From an uncultured Flavobacteriales bacterium (lineage in GTDB: Bacteria > Bacteroidota > Bacteroidia > Flavobacteriales > BACL11): DNA of 64,000 nt. The notes below the pieces were generated by a model. That model was not told where the DNA came from and did no database searches. It saw nothing but the letters and a program-made list of their open reading frames with translations. The position numbers were made by a program, and so were the translations under genes. Where the stretch lies: contig CAJWRW010000001.1 of the NCBI GenBank assembly GCA_913046315.1, positions 14,456-78,455 of the forward strand. The letters run 5' to 3'. Positions 27,780 to 37,618 of the stretch are shown piece by piece. Each line of letters begins with the position of its first letter. The first letter of the stretch is position 1.

Positions 27780-29015
27780 ATGTTTGTTAGACTGCTTACA
27801 GAATCCATTCGATTTGCTTGGCTTGCCATTGTAAATAATAGGCTTAGAACTTTCCTTTCCTTATTAGGTGTTACAATTGGTATTATTGCAATTATTTCTG
27901 TTTTTACTATAGTAGATGCATTGGAAAAAAATGTTAGAGATAGTGTAGAGTCCTTAGGTGATAATGTAGTTTATATACAGAAATGGCCTTGGGGAGGATC
28001 AGGAGAATATCAATGGTGGAAATACTATAAAAGACCAAAAGTAAATTATAAGGAATTTAAAAAAGTACAAGATAGATGTAAAAGTGCAAGCGCAACAGCT
28101 TTTCTTTTTGAAGGCAGAAGAACAGTGAAAAGTGGTAATACTATTTTAGAAGATGTCAAAATAAGCGGAATCACTTTTGAGTTTCCGCAAATACTTTCTT
28201 TTAATATGGAAAAAGGAAGGTTCTTTTCCCAAGATGAGATGAGTTCTGGAAAAAATTATGTGCTCATTGGGCATGCAATTGCAAATGCACTTTTTGAGAA
28301 TTTCAATCCAATAGGAGAAACCATAAAAATTGCTGGAATAAACGCAAAAGTAATTGGTGTAATTGAAAAGCAAGGAGAAGACATTACTGGTAATTCGCAA
28401 GACAATAGCGTTTTGTGCAGTTATCTTTTTGCTAAAAGATTTTTAAGCGAAAGAAGAAGCGATCCTTTAATTATCGTAAAAGCAGATGAGCATGTGAGTA
28501 ATGATCAGCTTAAAAGCGAATTGAAACAAATAATGCGCACCATCAGAAGAGTACGCCCATTGGAAGACGATAATTTTTCTATGAATGAAGTTAGTTTAAT
28601 CAAGCAAGGCTTGGATCAACTGTTTTCTGTTATAGGATTAGCAGGTTGGATTATTGGAGGTTTTTCCATTTTGGTTGGAGGATTTGGCATTGCTAATATT
28701 ATGTTTGTTTCAGTAAAAGAAAGGACAAAAATTATTGGTATTCAAAAAGCATTAGGCGCAAAAAACATTTTCATTTTACTACAGTTCCTTTTCGAATCCA
28801 TTTTTCTTTGCGTGCTTGGAGGAAGTTTTGGATTAGCTATTGTGTGGGCATTGTCAGCAGTGGGAAGCAAGATGCTCGATTTTAATTTGAATTTAACTTT
28901 GGAAAATGTAGTATTAGGGCTTTCTGTTTCCGCAATTATTGGAATGATAAGCGGTATTATTCCTGCTCTTTCGGCCTCAAGATTGGATCCTGTTGAGGCG
29001 ATTCGTTCAAACTGA
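27780..29015 (+). CDS. ABC transporter permease, MacB/FtsX family
   Basis: N-terminal TM segment, a large periplasmic MacB_PCD-like domain and a C-terminal FtsX 3-TM bundle (ANIMFVSVKERTKIIGIQKALGA). No ATPase gene adjacent. Confidence 0.85.
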   Translation: MFVRLLTESIRFAWLAIVNNRLRTFLSLLGVTIGIIAIISVFTIVDALEKNVRDSVESLGDNVVYIQKWPWGGSGEYQWWKYYKRPKVNYKEFKKVQDRCKSASATAFLFEGRRTVKSGNTILEDVKISGITFEFPQILSFNMEKGRFFSQDEMSSGKNYVLIGHAIANALFENFNPIGETIKIAGINAKVIGVIEKQGEDITGNSQDNSVLCSYLFAKRFLSERRSDPLIIVKADEHVSNDQLKSELKQIMRTIRRVRPLEDDNFSMNEVSLIKQGLDQLFSVIGLAGWIIGGFSILVGGFGIANIMFVSVKERTKIIGIQKALGAKNIFILLQFLFESIFLCVLGGSFGLAIVWALSAVGSKMLDFNLNLTLENVVLGLSVSAIIGMISGIIPALSASRLDPVEAIRSN

Positions 29016-32000
29016 TTTTTTTGCAGAAATGGATGACTTCCTCTAGTTTTGAGACTCCTTTTATCGCTAATGATAATTTTTCATTTTTCTCTATCATTCT
29101 TGTTGTTTCAAAATTATTTTTCAAATGATTGAGTACTTTTGAAAATTGAGGGCTTTCAAAATAATTGGAAGTTTTATCATTTATAAAATAGGCTCTCATT
29201 TTTCCTGATTTTAATATGATTCTTGAAAATCCGATTTCCTTTCCGAGCCACCTTAATCGTAATGCGTCAAAAAGCTGATAAACCGCTTGTGGCAAATCGC
29301 CAAATCTATCTTTTAATTGCATTTCGAAAGCCATAATTTCTTTTTCTGTTTTCAATGTATTGAGTTCTTTGTAGAGGTTTAATCTTTCCTCAGCATTACT
29401 TACATACTCATCAGGAATTAAAATTTCTAAATCTGTGTCCAATGCACAATCTTTAATGTAGAATTTATCCTTTTCATCCTCAAATAAATCCTGGAATTGC
29501 TCTGCTTTCAATTCTTCAATAGCCTCATCTAAAATCTTTTTGTACATCTCAAATCCAATATCATTGATAAAGCCACTTTGGTCAGCACCCAATAAATCGC
29601 CAGCACCTCTTGTATCCAAATCGCGCATAGCAATATTAAAGCCGCTTCCAAGAGTTGAAAACTGCTCCAAGGCATCTAATCTTCTTCTTGCCTCTGCTGA
29701 GATCTGATGAGTGGGAGGGCTAATTAAATAGCAAAATGCTTTTTTGTTGGATCGTCCAACCCTGCCTCTCATCTGATGTAAATCACTTAAGCCAAAATTG
29801 TTTGCGTTATTGATGATGATGGTATTTGCATTTGGAATATCCACTCCATTTTCGATAATGGTAGTAGACACAAGTACATCAAATTCTCCTTCCATAAAGT
29901 CAATCATCAGCTTTTCAATTTGCTTGCCTTCCATTTGCCCATGCCCTGTTTTTATTTTCGCATCAGGGCATAATCTTTGCAACAATCCAGCAACTTCTTT
30001 AATATTTTCGATTCTATTATGTACAAAAAATACTTGTCCGTTTCTGCTCATTTCATAACTTATGGCATCTCTTATCACTTCATGATTCAGCCCAATGATT
30101 CTTGTTTCTATGCTTTGCCTGTTGGGTGGTGGGGTGTTGATAATGGATAAATCCCTTGCTCCTAATAAAGAAAATTGTAATGTTCTTGGAATAGGGGTAG
30201 CGCTTAAGGTTAAGGTATCAACTGTTGTTTTTAGGGTTTTGAGTTTATCTTTAATGTTTACACCAAATTTTTGTTCCTCATCTACTATCATCAGCCCCAA
30301 ATCTTTAAATACTACATCTTTCCCTACTATTCTGTGCGTTCCGATTAGGATGTCTATTTCTCCAATTGCTAATTTCTTGATGGTAGCATTCTGCTCTTTT
30401 GTAGTTCTGAATCTGTTGATATAATCGATATTACAAGGAAAGTCTTTTAACCTTTTACTAAAAGTTTTAAAATGCTGCAAAGCAAGAATAGTGGTAGGAA
30501 CCAAGATAGCAACTTGTTTGTTGTCAGCAACAGCCTTAAAGGCAGCTCTTATAGCTACTTCTGTTTTTCCAAAACCAACATCACCACACACGAGTCTGTC
30601 CATTGGCATTTGCTTTTCCATATCTTCTTTGAATGAGGCAGTTGCTTTGCTTTGATCAGCTGTGTCTTCATACATAAAAGAAGCTTCTAATTCATGCTGC
30701 AAATAGGAGTCGGGTGAAAAAGCAAAACCTTTTTGTGTTTTTCTTTTGGCATATAATTTTATTAAATCAAAAGCAATTTGTTTCACTTTTGACTTAGTTT
30801 TATTTTTTGTTTTAGCCCATTGAGGTGAACCCAACTGATGGACTTTTGGCTGAAATCCTTCTTTTCCAGAGTATTTCGCAATTTTATGCAATGCATGAAT
30901 GCTCAGATAGAGGATGTCCCCATCTTTATATGTCAGCTTAATAACTTCTTGATGTTTTCCGTTATTTTCTATCTTGTGCAAGCCAGCAAATTGCCCAAAT
31001 CCATGATCGATATGGGAAACGAAATCCCCAATTTGTAAATTGGTAAGTTGTTTGAGCGTGATGGCTTTTTTGTCCGAAAATTTAGTTTTGGAAACAAATC
31101 GGTGGTGCCTTTCAAAAAGCTGATGATCGGTATAAACGGCCAGCTTATTATCCTCATCAATGAAGCCTTTGTGTAGGCAAAAATGTATGCATTGATACCG
31201 TAAATCTTCCTCTGCATTTTCAAAAATGGCTTGAAATCTATTTTCTTGCTCTTCAGATGAACAAAGAATAATGTTTTTAATTCCTTTTTCGTTATTTGCA
31301 ATTAAATCAGATTTTAATAAATCAAATTGCTTGTTGAAAACAGGATGAGGATTGGTGTTGCATGTTAATTTTCTTGCAGCAGTAAAATAATTGCTATTGC
31401 CAAATTCAATTGTAATGTAGTCTTCTAATTGTTTGCAAAAATGCTGTCCAGAAGTAAATAAATCTTCTGGCTCTTGATGAGCTGTTCCACTTTCTTCTAG
31501 TTCTTGAAAATGAGCATTTGCTTTTTCAAAATAATCCGCTAAAATTCCTTGACTATATGCAATATCTTTTGTCCAGATTATAGCATTGTTTGGTAAGTAA
31601 TACAAGAAACTTACATGTTTGCTGTCGGTTTTTTTGGCTTCAATGTTAGGTACAATATTGATTTTATTCTTTGCATCAATCGATAGTTGAGAGTTGATGT
31701 CAAAGGTACGAATGCTTTCCACTTCAATATCAAAAAATTCAATTCTAAAAGGATGCTCATCCGCATAAGAAAATACATCTAGAATGCCTCCTCTAATGGA
31801 GAATTGCCCTGGTTCAACTACAAAATCTACTTTTTCAAAATGATGGCTGGTGAGTTGATTTTCCAACTCTTCCAATTCATGCAAATCACCAACTTTAATA
31901 TTGATGGTTTGTCTTTTTAATTCTTTTCTGCTTACTACTTTTTCCGAAAGGGCTTCCGAATAAGTAATAATAATAGGGTTTCTTTTATTGTTAAGTTTAT

Positions 32001-32322
32001 TGAGTACCTCTGCTCGTAATAAAATATTTGCATTGTCCGTTTCTTCAAATTGATAGGCCCTTCTGTATGAAGCAGGGTAAAAGAAAACCTCATTATCCAA
32101 AAGCGCTTCCACTTCATTTACAAAATATTGAGCTTCTTCTTTATCGGTAAAAATAAAAAGGTGCGGGTTTTTACTTTCTCTAATTGCTGCAGATGATGCA
32201 ATGGCGAATGAAGAGCCAACTAATCCTTTTAGCCAAATGTTACACTTTTCTTCTGCAATACAGTCTTGTAATTTTGTAGCAATTTTTGGCTGGCCAAAAT
32301 AGGAGAGCAGGGGGGCTTTCAA
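28957..32322 (-). CDS. mfd: transcription-repair coupling factor Mfd
   Basis: UvrB-homology N-region, CarD/RID-like segment, SF2 helicase motifs (GDVGFGKTEV, DEEQKFG, TATPIPRT) and a TRCF domain. TTG start 6 nt after the pfp stop. The 3' end overlaps the convergent permease gene by 59 nt. Confidence 0.95.
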   Translation of the reverse strand: MKAPLLSYFGQPKIATKLQDCIAEEKCNIWLKGLVGSSFAIASSAAIRESKNPHLFIFTDKEEAQYFVNEVEALLDNEVFFYPASYRRAYQFEETDNANILLRAEVLNKLNNKRNPIIITYSEALSEKVVSRKELKRQTINIKVGDLHELEELENQLTSHHFEKVDFVVEPGQFSIRGGILDVFSYADEHPFRIEFFDIEVESIRTFDINSQLSIDAKNKINIVPNIEAKKTDSKHVSFLYYLPNNAIIWTKDIAYSQGILADYFEKANAHFQELEESGTAHQEPEDLFTSGQHFCKQLEDYITIEFGNSNYFTAARKLTCNTNPHPVFNKQFDLLKSDLIANNEKGIKNIILCSSEEQENRFQAIFENAEEDLRYQCIHFCLHKGFIDEDNKLAVYTDHQLFERHHRFVSKTKFSDKKAITLKQLTNLQIGDFVSHIDHGFGQFAGLHKIENNGKHQEVIKLTYKDGDILYLSIHALHKIAKYSGKEGFQPKVHQLGSPQWAKTKNKTKSKVKQIAFDLIKLYAKRKTQKGFAFSPDSYLQHELEASFMYEDTADQSKATASFKEDMEKQMPMDRLVCGDVGFGKTEVAIRAAFKAVADNKQVAILVPTTILALQHFKTFSKRLKDFPCNIDYINRFRTTKEQNATIKKLAIGEIDILIGTHRIVGKDVVFKDLGLMIVDEEQKFGVNIKDKLKTLKTTVDTLTLSATPIPRTLQFSLLGARDLSIINTPPPNRQSIETRIIGLNHEVIRDAISYEMSRNGQVFFVHNRIENIKEVAGLLQRLCPDAKIKTGHGQMEGKQIEKLMIDFMEGEFDVLVSTTIIENGVDIPNANTIIINNANNFGLSDLHQMRGRVGRSNKKAFCYLISPPTHQISAEARRRLDALEQFSTLGSGFNIAMRDLDTRGAGDLLGADQSGFINDIGFEMYKKILDEAIEELKAEQFQDLFEDEKDKFYIKDCALDTDLEILIPDEYVSNAEERLNLYKELNTLKTEKEIMAFEMQLKDRFGDLPQAVYQLFDALRLRWLGKEIGFSRIILKSGKMRAYFINDKTSNYFESPQFSKVLNHLKNNFETTRMIEKNEKLSLAIKGVSKLEEVIHFCKKISLNESPQQDPILRPKEQE

Positions 32323-32328
32323 ATGCTT

Positions 32329-33519
32329 TTATATGTTATGAATTTCTTGCTTCATCTCCTGATACCATTTTTGTGAGGTGTCAAATGGTTTTCCGCCTTT
32401 AATTCTTTCAAAAGCAATACAAGAGAGTTGATTGTTATTGTCTTCATCCCAACCAACTACTCCAGATTCTCCTGTTGTAGCACTCTCCACTGCTTTGTCG
32501 GCTACTTCAAAAATTAAATCTAAATCTTGCTGGTTTGCTTTTGCCGAACGGCCAAAATAACCGCTTTTTTGCACCAATACTTTATTGGCTTTTAAGCGAC
32601 TGCCCAATTGTTTTGCAAACCATTGTCCAGGATTCAAATCATCCAAACGAACATGCCCAAATGCATCTCGTAAAACTTCCCCACCAGCTTTTTCAGTTGC
32701 CGCAATTATAACATCCATTCCTGCTCCTTCACTCAAGAAAACATTCACACAATCGTATTTATCCATCACTTTATTTAGGCGTTCACACTCTTTATCAAAG
32801 TCTATTTTTTCTTCAGGAAGTAATACCGAATGCACTTCCCATTTTTCTTTTACAACACCAATTTCTGGTATAAAATCTAGGTTTTGTAATCGTTTTCGGT
32901 ATGCTAAAGCAGTTGCTGCCGTGAGCCATCCACAATGTCTACCCATAACTTCATGAATGATAAGTTGTCTGTCAGATGTGGTGTTTTCATTCACTACATT
33001 TTCAAAAAAAATAGCGCCCTGCTCGGCTGCAGTCCAAGCACCAAGCGTTTGTGCAATAGGATAGACATCATTATCTACTGTTTTTGGTAGACCAACCACT
33101 GTTAAATCGTAATTATTTTTTTTCAAAAATGCAGATAAATCTGCAGCAGTGGTATTGGTGTCATCACCACCTATAGTGTGTAAAATGTTTACCCCATCTT
33201 TCACCAGTTGATTAGCTGCTACTTTTAGCGGGTTTTCACCATTCTTAACATATCCTTTTGCTATACAATCTTCAAAATTGGTCAATTTTACTCTACTGTT
33301 GCCAATTGGTGAGCCTCCAAACTGATAAAACTTATCGGTTTTCTCTGCAAGTGTTTTTGGAAAAGAGATGCTGTTGCCCAATAACAACCCTTTGTAGCCA
33401 TTTAGGTAGCCAATAATCTCTACTTCTTTATACTTGCTTAAGTAATTTTCGGTTAATCTACCAATTGATGCGGAAAGGCAAGGCGCAATTCCTCCAGATG
33501 TTAAGAATGCAATTTTCAT
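32329..33519 (-). CDS. pfp: pyrophosphate-dependent 6-phosphofructokinase (PFK family, PPi type)
   Basis: TSGGIAPCLS, GGDDT and PKTVDND motifs. The Asp in GGDDT and the Lys in PKT are the residues classically associated with PPi rather than ATP specificity. Confidence 0.85.
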   Translation of the reverse strand: MKIAFLTSGGIAPCLSASIGRLTENYLSKYKEVEIIGYLNGYKGLLLGNSISFPKTLAEKTDKFYQFGGSPIGNSRVKLTNFEDCIAKGYVKNGENPLKVAANQLVKDGVNILHTIGGDDTNTTAADLSAFLKKNNYDLTVVGLPKTVDNDVYPIAQTLGAWTAAEQGAIFFENVVNENTTSDRQLIIHEVMGRHCGWLTAATALAYRKRLQNLDFIPEIGVVKEKWEVHSVLLPEEKIDFDKECERLNKVMDKYDCVNVFLSEGAGMDVIIAATEKAGGEVLRDAFGHVRLDDLNPGQWFAKQLGSRLKANKVLVQKSGYFGRSAKANQQDLDLIFEVADKAVESATTGESGVVGWDEDNNNQLSCIAFERIKGGKPFDTSQKWYQEMKQEIHNI

Positions 33520-33616
33520 TTTATTGAATTGATTAAAGTTGATGCAAATATCGGAAAATTAAAAAGAAAAGTTGAAAAAATAATTCTTTACTTTGCAGAT
33601 AAAGCAGATTGAATTT

Positions 33617-34870
33617 ATGACAAAAGTATTTAAGTTTGGAGGCACTTCCATTAAAGATACGCAAAGCATTAAAAAAATTACCCAGATTTTAAAAGATTAT
33701 ACAGAAGAAAATCTAATTGTGGTTTTTTCTGCTATGGGAAAAGTAACCAATATGCTAGAGGAAGTTGTTGAAGAATACGTGCTTAAAAGCAAAAATGCTG
33801 AGCAAAAACTCCAAAAAGTAAAAGATTTTCATGCTGATATTCTTGCCGATTTGTTTCGGTATGAGCATTCAATTTACAATGAGGTGAATAATTTGTTTGT
33901 AGAGATTGAGTGGGTATTAGAAGAGGACCCAAATCCTGATTTTGCCTTTAATTATGATCAAATAGTTTCGGTAGGAGAACTACTTTCTACTAAAATAATG
34001 AGTGCGTTTTTGATGGAAAATGGATTCAAAAATTCTTGGCTAGATGCAAGGGATATAATTCGAACAAATAATAAATACCGAAATGCAAAAATAGATTGGG
34101 AGCAAACAAATACTTTTTGTAAGCAGCACATCAAAAGCTTTCCCATCATAACACAAGGTTTTATTGGTTGTACTTCAGAGAATTTTACTACTACTTTGGG
34201 TAGAGAAGGAAGTGATTTTACAGCTGCTATTTTAGCTTTTGCTTTAGATGCAAAGCAGGTAATCATTTGGAAAGATGTAGATGGTGTAATGAATGCAGAT
34301 CCTAGATATTTTGAAGATAGTAAACAGCTGATGAAGATTCCTTTTGAAGAAGCCGTAGAGTTGGCTTATTATGGAGCTAAAGTAATGCATCCAAAAACCA
34401 TACACCCACTGCAAAAAAAGTCCATCCCACTTGAAGTTAAATCTTTTGTAAATCCTGAGAAAAAAAGCTCTATAATTGGAAAGTTTGATGCTATAGAGCC
34501 TTTTGTCCCTTCCTATATTGTAAAAGAAAATCAGATTCTTATTTCAGTTGCAGACAAAAATTTGTCTTTCATTGTAGAGGAGCATTTAAGTTCGATATTT
34601 TCTCTATTTGCTACATATGCAGTTAGGGTAAATATGATGCAAAATTCTGCAGTAAGTTTTTCTTTTTGTGTAGATTATGATGCTCATAAAATACCAGAAT
34701 TGATAATTGCGCTTAAAGAAAATTTTTCAGTGCAGTTTAACGAGCAGCTCAGTATGTATACTATTCGTCATTATGACGAAAAATCTATCAATACTATCTT
34801 AAGAAATAGAACATTATTATTGGAGCAAAAAAGCAGACATACCATACATCTAGTAGTTAAAGAAAGTTAA
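33617..34870 (+). CDS. lysC: aspartate kinase (monofunctional)
   Basis: KFGGTS N-terminal motif, an amino-acid-kinase fold and a C-terminal ACT-like region. I chose the ATG at 33617 over the ORF-track TTG at 33593. Confidence 0.9.
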   Translation: MTKVFKFGGTSIKDTQSIKKITQILKDYTEENLIVVFSAMGKVTNMLEEVVEEYVLKSKNAEQKLQKVKDFHADILADLFRYEHSIYNEVNNLFVEIEWVLEEDPNPDFAFNYDQIVSVGELLSTKIMSAFLMENGFKNSWLDARDIIRTNNKYRNAKIDWEQTNTFCKQHIKSFPIITQGFIGCTSENFTTTLGREGSDFTAAILAFALDAKQVIIWKDVDGVMNADPRYFEDSKQLMKIPFEEAVELAYYGAKVMHPKTIHPLQKKSIPLEVKSFVNPEKKSSIIGKFDAIEPFVPSYIVKENQILISVADKNLSFIVEEHLSSIFSLFATYAVRVNMMQNSAVSFSFCVDYDAHKIPELIIALKENFSVQFNEQLSMYTIRHYDEKSINTILRNRTLLLEQKSRHTIHLVVKES

Positions 34871-34897
34871 ATGATAGTGTGAATGGCTATTTATTAG

Positions 34898-34905
34898 TAT
34901 CTTTG
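34898..34905 (+). promoter_or_regulatory. candidate -7 box (TATCTTTG) for the 591-aa gene
   Basis: Exact TAnnTTTG match 28 nt upstream of the ATG at 34934. Confidence 0.3.
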
Positions 34906-34933
34906 GAGCCATCTTTTAACCCTAATTTTAATA

Positions 34934-36709
34934 ATGAAGAAACAACATACATTTCATATTCCAGTAATGGGCACTGCATTTACAGCAGATACACCACTTA
35001 AAGTATCTCGTTTTGGTATAGACTCTGTAATTGCATTGGCTGATGATGTGTTGTTGGAGCGTTTAAGGAAAGTGTATGCCGAAAAAAATGATTTAGAGTA
35101 TGAAGAAATCAAAAACAATACTAAAGATTATAGGGCCGACAGAATTACTTCTTACTTAAATTTAGTAAACAAGTTAGCAGCTCAAAAGTATGATGAATAC
35201 ACTACTGCTACTAAAGAGAAAGTAGAATCTCTTAAAACATTTTTTGCTTCTTTTCCAGATTCTTCTCAACTGAAAAAAGAATTCAATAATTTGACAGACT
35301 TTAATCTTGATGATATTTCTGAGTGGTTGAAGGAAAATTTGAATATGGGGAGTATTGATGTGAATATTATGACTAAGGTAGATAAGCCAAATTTTTTCAA
35401 AAATGAGGCACTCCCATCAGAATACAATGATGCGCATTCTGCTTTAAGGGGCTATGCAAATTCTGATTTGGCATCTTCCATTATTTTTTCAGCCGGAATG
35501 AATCCAAGATTATACGGATATATTTCACAATTTGATGATTTTTTCCCAAATGCTGATGGTCACATTAAAAAGAAGATTGTTATCAAGGTGAGTGATTATC
35601 GTTCTGCTTTAATTCAAGGTAAGTTTTTGGCAAAAAAGGGGCTTTGGGTTTCAGAGTATAGGATTGAATCTGGGCTGAATTGTGGTGGTCATGCATTTGC
35701 AACAGATGGTTATTTGATGGGTCCAATTTTATCAGAATTTAAAGAAAAAAGAAAAGAGTTAATTAGTGAAGTTTTTGCCATTTGTAAAGAGGCGCTTAAA
35801 ACAAATAACAAATTAGTCCCAGAGCATCCTTTGGCTTTAAGAATTACAGCTCAGGGTGGAGTAGGAACAGCTGAAGAACATGACTTTTTGATTAAGTATT
35901 ATAATCTGGATTCAGTAGGTTGGGGAACGCCTTTTTTATTGGTGCCAGAAGTGACTACAGTTGATGATACAACCAGAGCTCAACTTATACAGGCGAAAGA
36001 GAAAGATCTGTATTTGTCAAATGTATCCCCACTTGGTGTACCTTTCAATAATTTAAGAAATGCTTCCAAAGAGGTTGAGAAATGGGACAAGGTAGAAAAA
36101 GGAAAACCAGGTAGCTCCTGTCCTAGAAGGTATCTGGCTTTTAGTAAAGAATATGACGAAAAGGGCGTTTGTACAGCATCCCGATTGTATCAAAAAAATA
36201 AAATTGAAGAGCAAGGAATTTCTAAAAAAATAACAGATAAAGTTTGTTTATGTATGGGGCTTTCTGCCGCTTCAGTTGTAAGTAATAATATAGAGACTAG
36301 AGAGAGTAAGGCAGTTTCCATTTGCCCAGGACCAAATATGGCTTATTTTGACAAATTGCTATCTCTTGAAGATATGACTAAGCACATATATGGGCTGGAA
36401 AGCTTTATGAGTAGAGCTGACAGGCCAAATATGTTTGTGAAAGAGCTAAATCTATACATGGACTATCTCAAAAATAAATTTGATGAGGCAAAATCAGATT
36501 GGGATAAAAAACAAGAAAAATATTTTAATCGTTTTTTAGAAAATATGAATGATGGTGTTGCTTATTACAATAATCTTTTTGAGCATCTGAAAAACAAATA
36601 CGGGGAAACAAAAGAAGATACTTTAGCCCACTTAGAAAAAACAAAAAGCAAATTGTCAGCAATTACCTTGGAAATAGAGGCACTTGCTGAAGTGCCTGCA
36701 GCTAGTTAA
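34934..36709 (+). CDS. uncharacterised 591-aa protein (possible TIM-barrel oxidoreductase-like core plus Cys-rich segment)
   Basis: No family recognised. Motifs seen: HIPVMGTAFTADTPLKV, GLNCGGHAF, ITAQGGVGTAEEH, GWGTPFLLVPE. Five Cys occur within about 90 residues (SSCP, GVCT, VCLC, SICP). Long, uninterrupted ORF with typical codon usage. Confidence 0.7.
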   Translation: MKKQHTFHIPVMGTAFTADTPLKVSRFGIDSVIALADDVLLERLRKVYAEKNDLEYEEIKNNTKDYRADRITSYLNLVNKLAAQKYDEYTTATKEKVESLKTFFASFPDSSQLKKEFNNLTDFNLDDISEWLKENLNMGSIDVNIMTKVDKPNFFKNEALPSEYNDAHSALRGYANSDLASSIIFSAGMNPRLYGYISQFDDFFPNADGHIKKKIVIKVSDYRSALIQGKFLAKKGLWVSEYRIESGLNCGGHAFATDGYLMGPILSEFKEKRKELISEVFAICKEALKTNNKLVPEHPLALRITAQGGVGTAEEHDFLIKYYNLDSVGWGTPFLLVPEVTTVDDTTRAQLIQAKEKDLYLSNVSPLGVPFNNLRNASKEVEKWDKVEKGKPGSSCPRRYLAFSKEYDEKGVCTASRLYQKNKIEEQGISKKITDKVCLCMGLSAASVVSNNIETRESKAVSICPGPNMAYFDKLLSLEDMTKHIYGLESFMSRADRPNMFVKELNLYMDYLKNKFDEAKSDWDKKQEKYFNRFLENMNDGVAYYNNLFEHLKNKYGETKEDTLAHLEKTKSKLSAITLEIEALAEVPAAS

Positions 36710-37575
36710 TTTTTTGTTTTATTCACCAAATACACTCCACAAATTATAATAGTTGCTCCAATTAAATGAGAAAGTAATATATTTTCTCCATCAATTAGCC
36801 CCCAAAAAATTGCAACTAGCGGGATAAGGTAGGTTACAGATGAAGCGAAAATGGCAGATGTGTCTTTTATTAGTTCATTAAAGATTACAACAGCCATTGA
36901 TGTGCCAATAACGGCTAAAACTGTAATGTATAATAGTGCTCCAATTCCTCCTTCAGAGGATAGTAATGCAGTAAAATCAGTATTGAACACATATATTCCA
37001 GATACAGGACCAATAAATAAAAATGCAAGTGCTGAGATTGAAATAGCATCCAAATCGGCAAGGTATTTCCGGATCACATTTACACTGATGGCATAAAACA
37101 GTGTCGCTAAAATCACTAAAAGACTAAAAATATTTATTGAAAAAACACCCTCTAAATCAGAAATTGAGAGCAAGAATGCACCTACCAATCCTATAAGTAT
37201 TCCAAAAATATTGGTTTTAGATGGACGCGATTTGAAAAAATATATTCCAAGCAAGAGTGTAAACAATGGCGTTAATGAATTCAACATACCTGCAAATGAA
37301 CTTGCTAAATGAGTTTGCGCTTTAGTAAATAAAAAGGCTGGGATTCCATTTCCAAAAAAAGCAGTTATTACTATTGCTAGCCAATGTTTCCTTCTTACTT
37401 TATGAAATGCTCTAACAATAAAGGGAATCAATGAAATGAAAGCAATAAATAGTCGCAATGCTGCAACTTGGCTATAAGTATATACTTGCAGCCCTTTTTT
37501 CATCAAAATGAAGGAACTACCCCAAATTATAGCGAGTAAAATGAGGATTAAATAATTTTGAATGGATTTTTTCAT
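36706..37575 (-). CDS. EamA/DMT-superfamily transporter
   Basis: Ten TM segments in two EamA-like halves. I chose the ATG at 37575; the ORF-track TTG is at 37593. Confidence 0.8.
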   Translation of the reverse strand: MKKSIQNYLILILLAIIWGSSFILMKKGLQVYTYSQVAALRLFIAFISLIPFIVRAFHKVRRKHWLAIVITAFFGNGIPAFLFTKAQTHLASSFAGMLNSLTPLFTLLLGIYFFKSRPSKTNIFGILIGLVGAFLLSISDLEGVFSINIFSLLVILATLFYAISVNVIRKYLADLDAISISALAFLFIGPVSGIYVFNTDFTALLSSEGGIGALLYITVLAVIGTSMAVVIFNELIKDTSAIFASSVTYLIPLVAIFWGLIDGENILLSHLIGATIIICGVYLVNKTKN

Positions 37576-37618
37576 TAAAATAATTGGCGACAAATATAGC
37601 TTAGTTATTTTTGCACCA

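Noticed and set aside
34880-34912. Inverted repeat ATGGCT...AGCCAT after aspartate kinase, considered as a terminator.
   Set aside because: The stem is only 6 bp with a loop of about 20 nt and no trailing U tract. It also overlaps the candidate -7 box of the next gene. The evidence is too weak to call.
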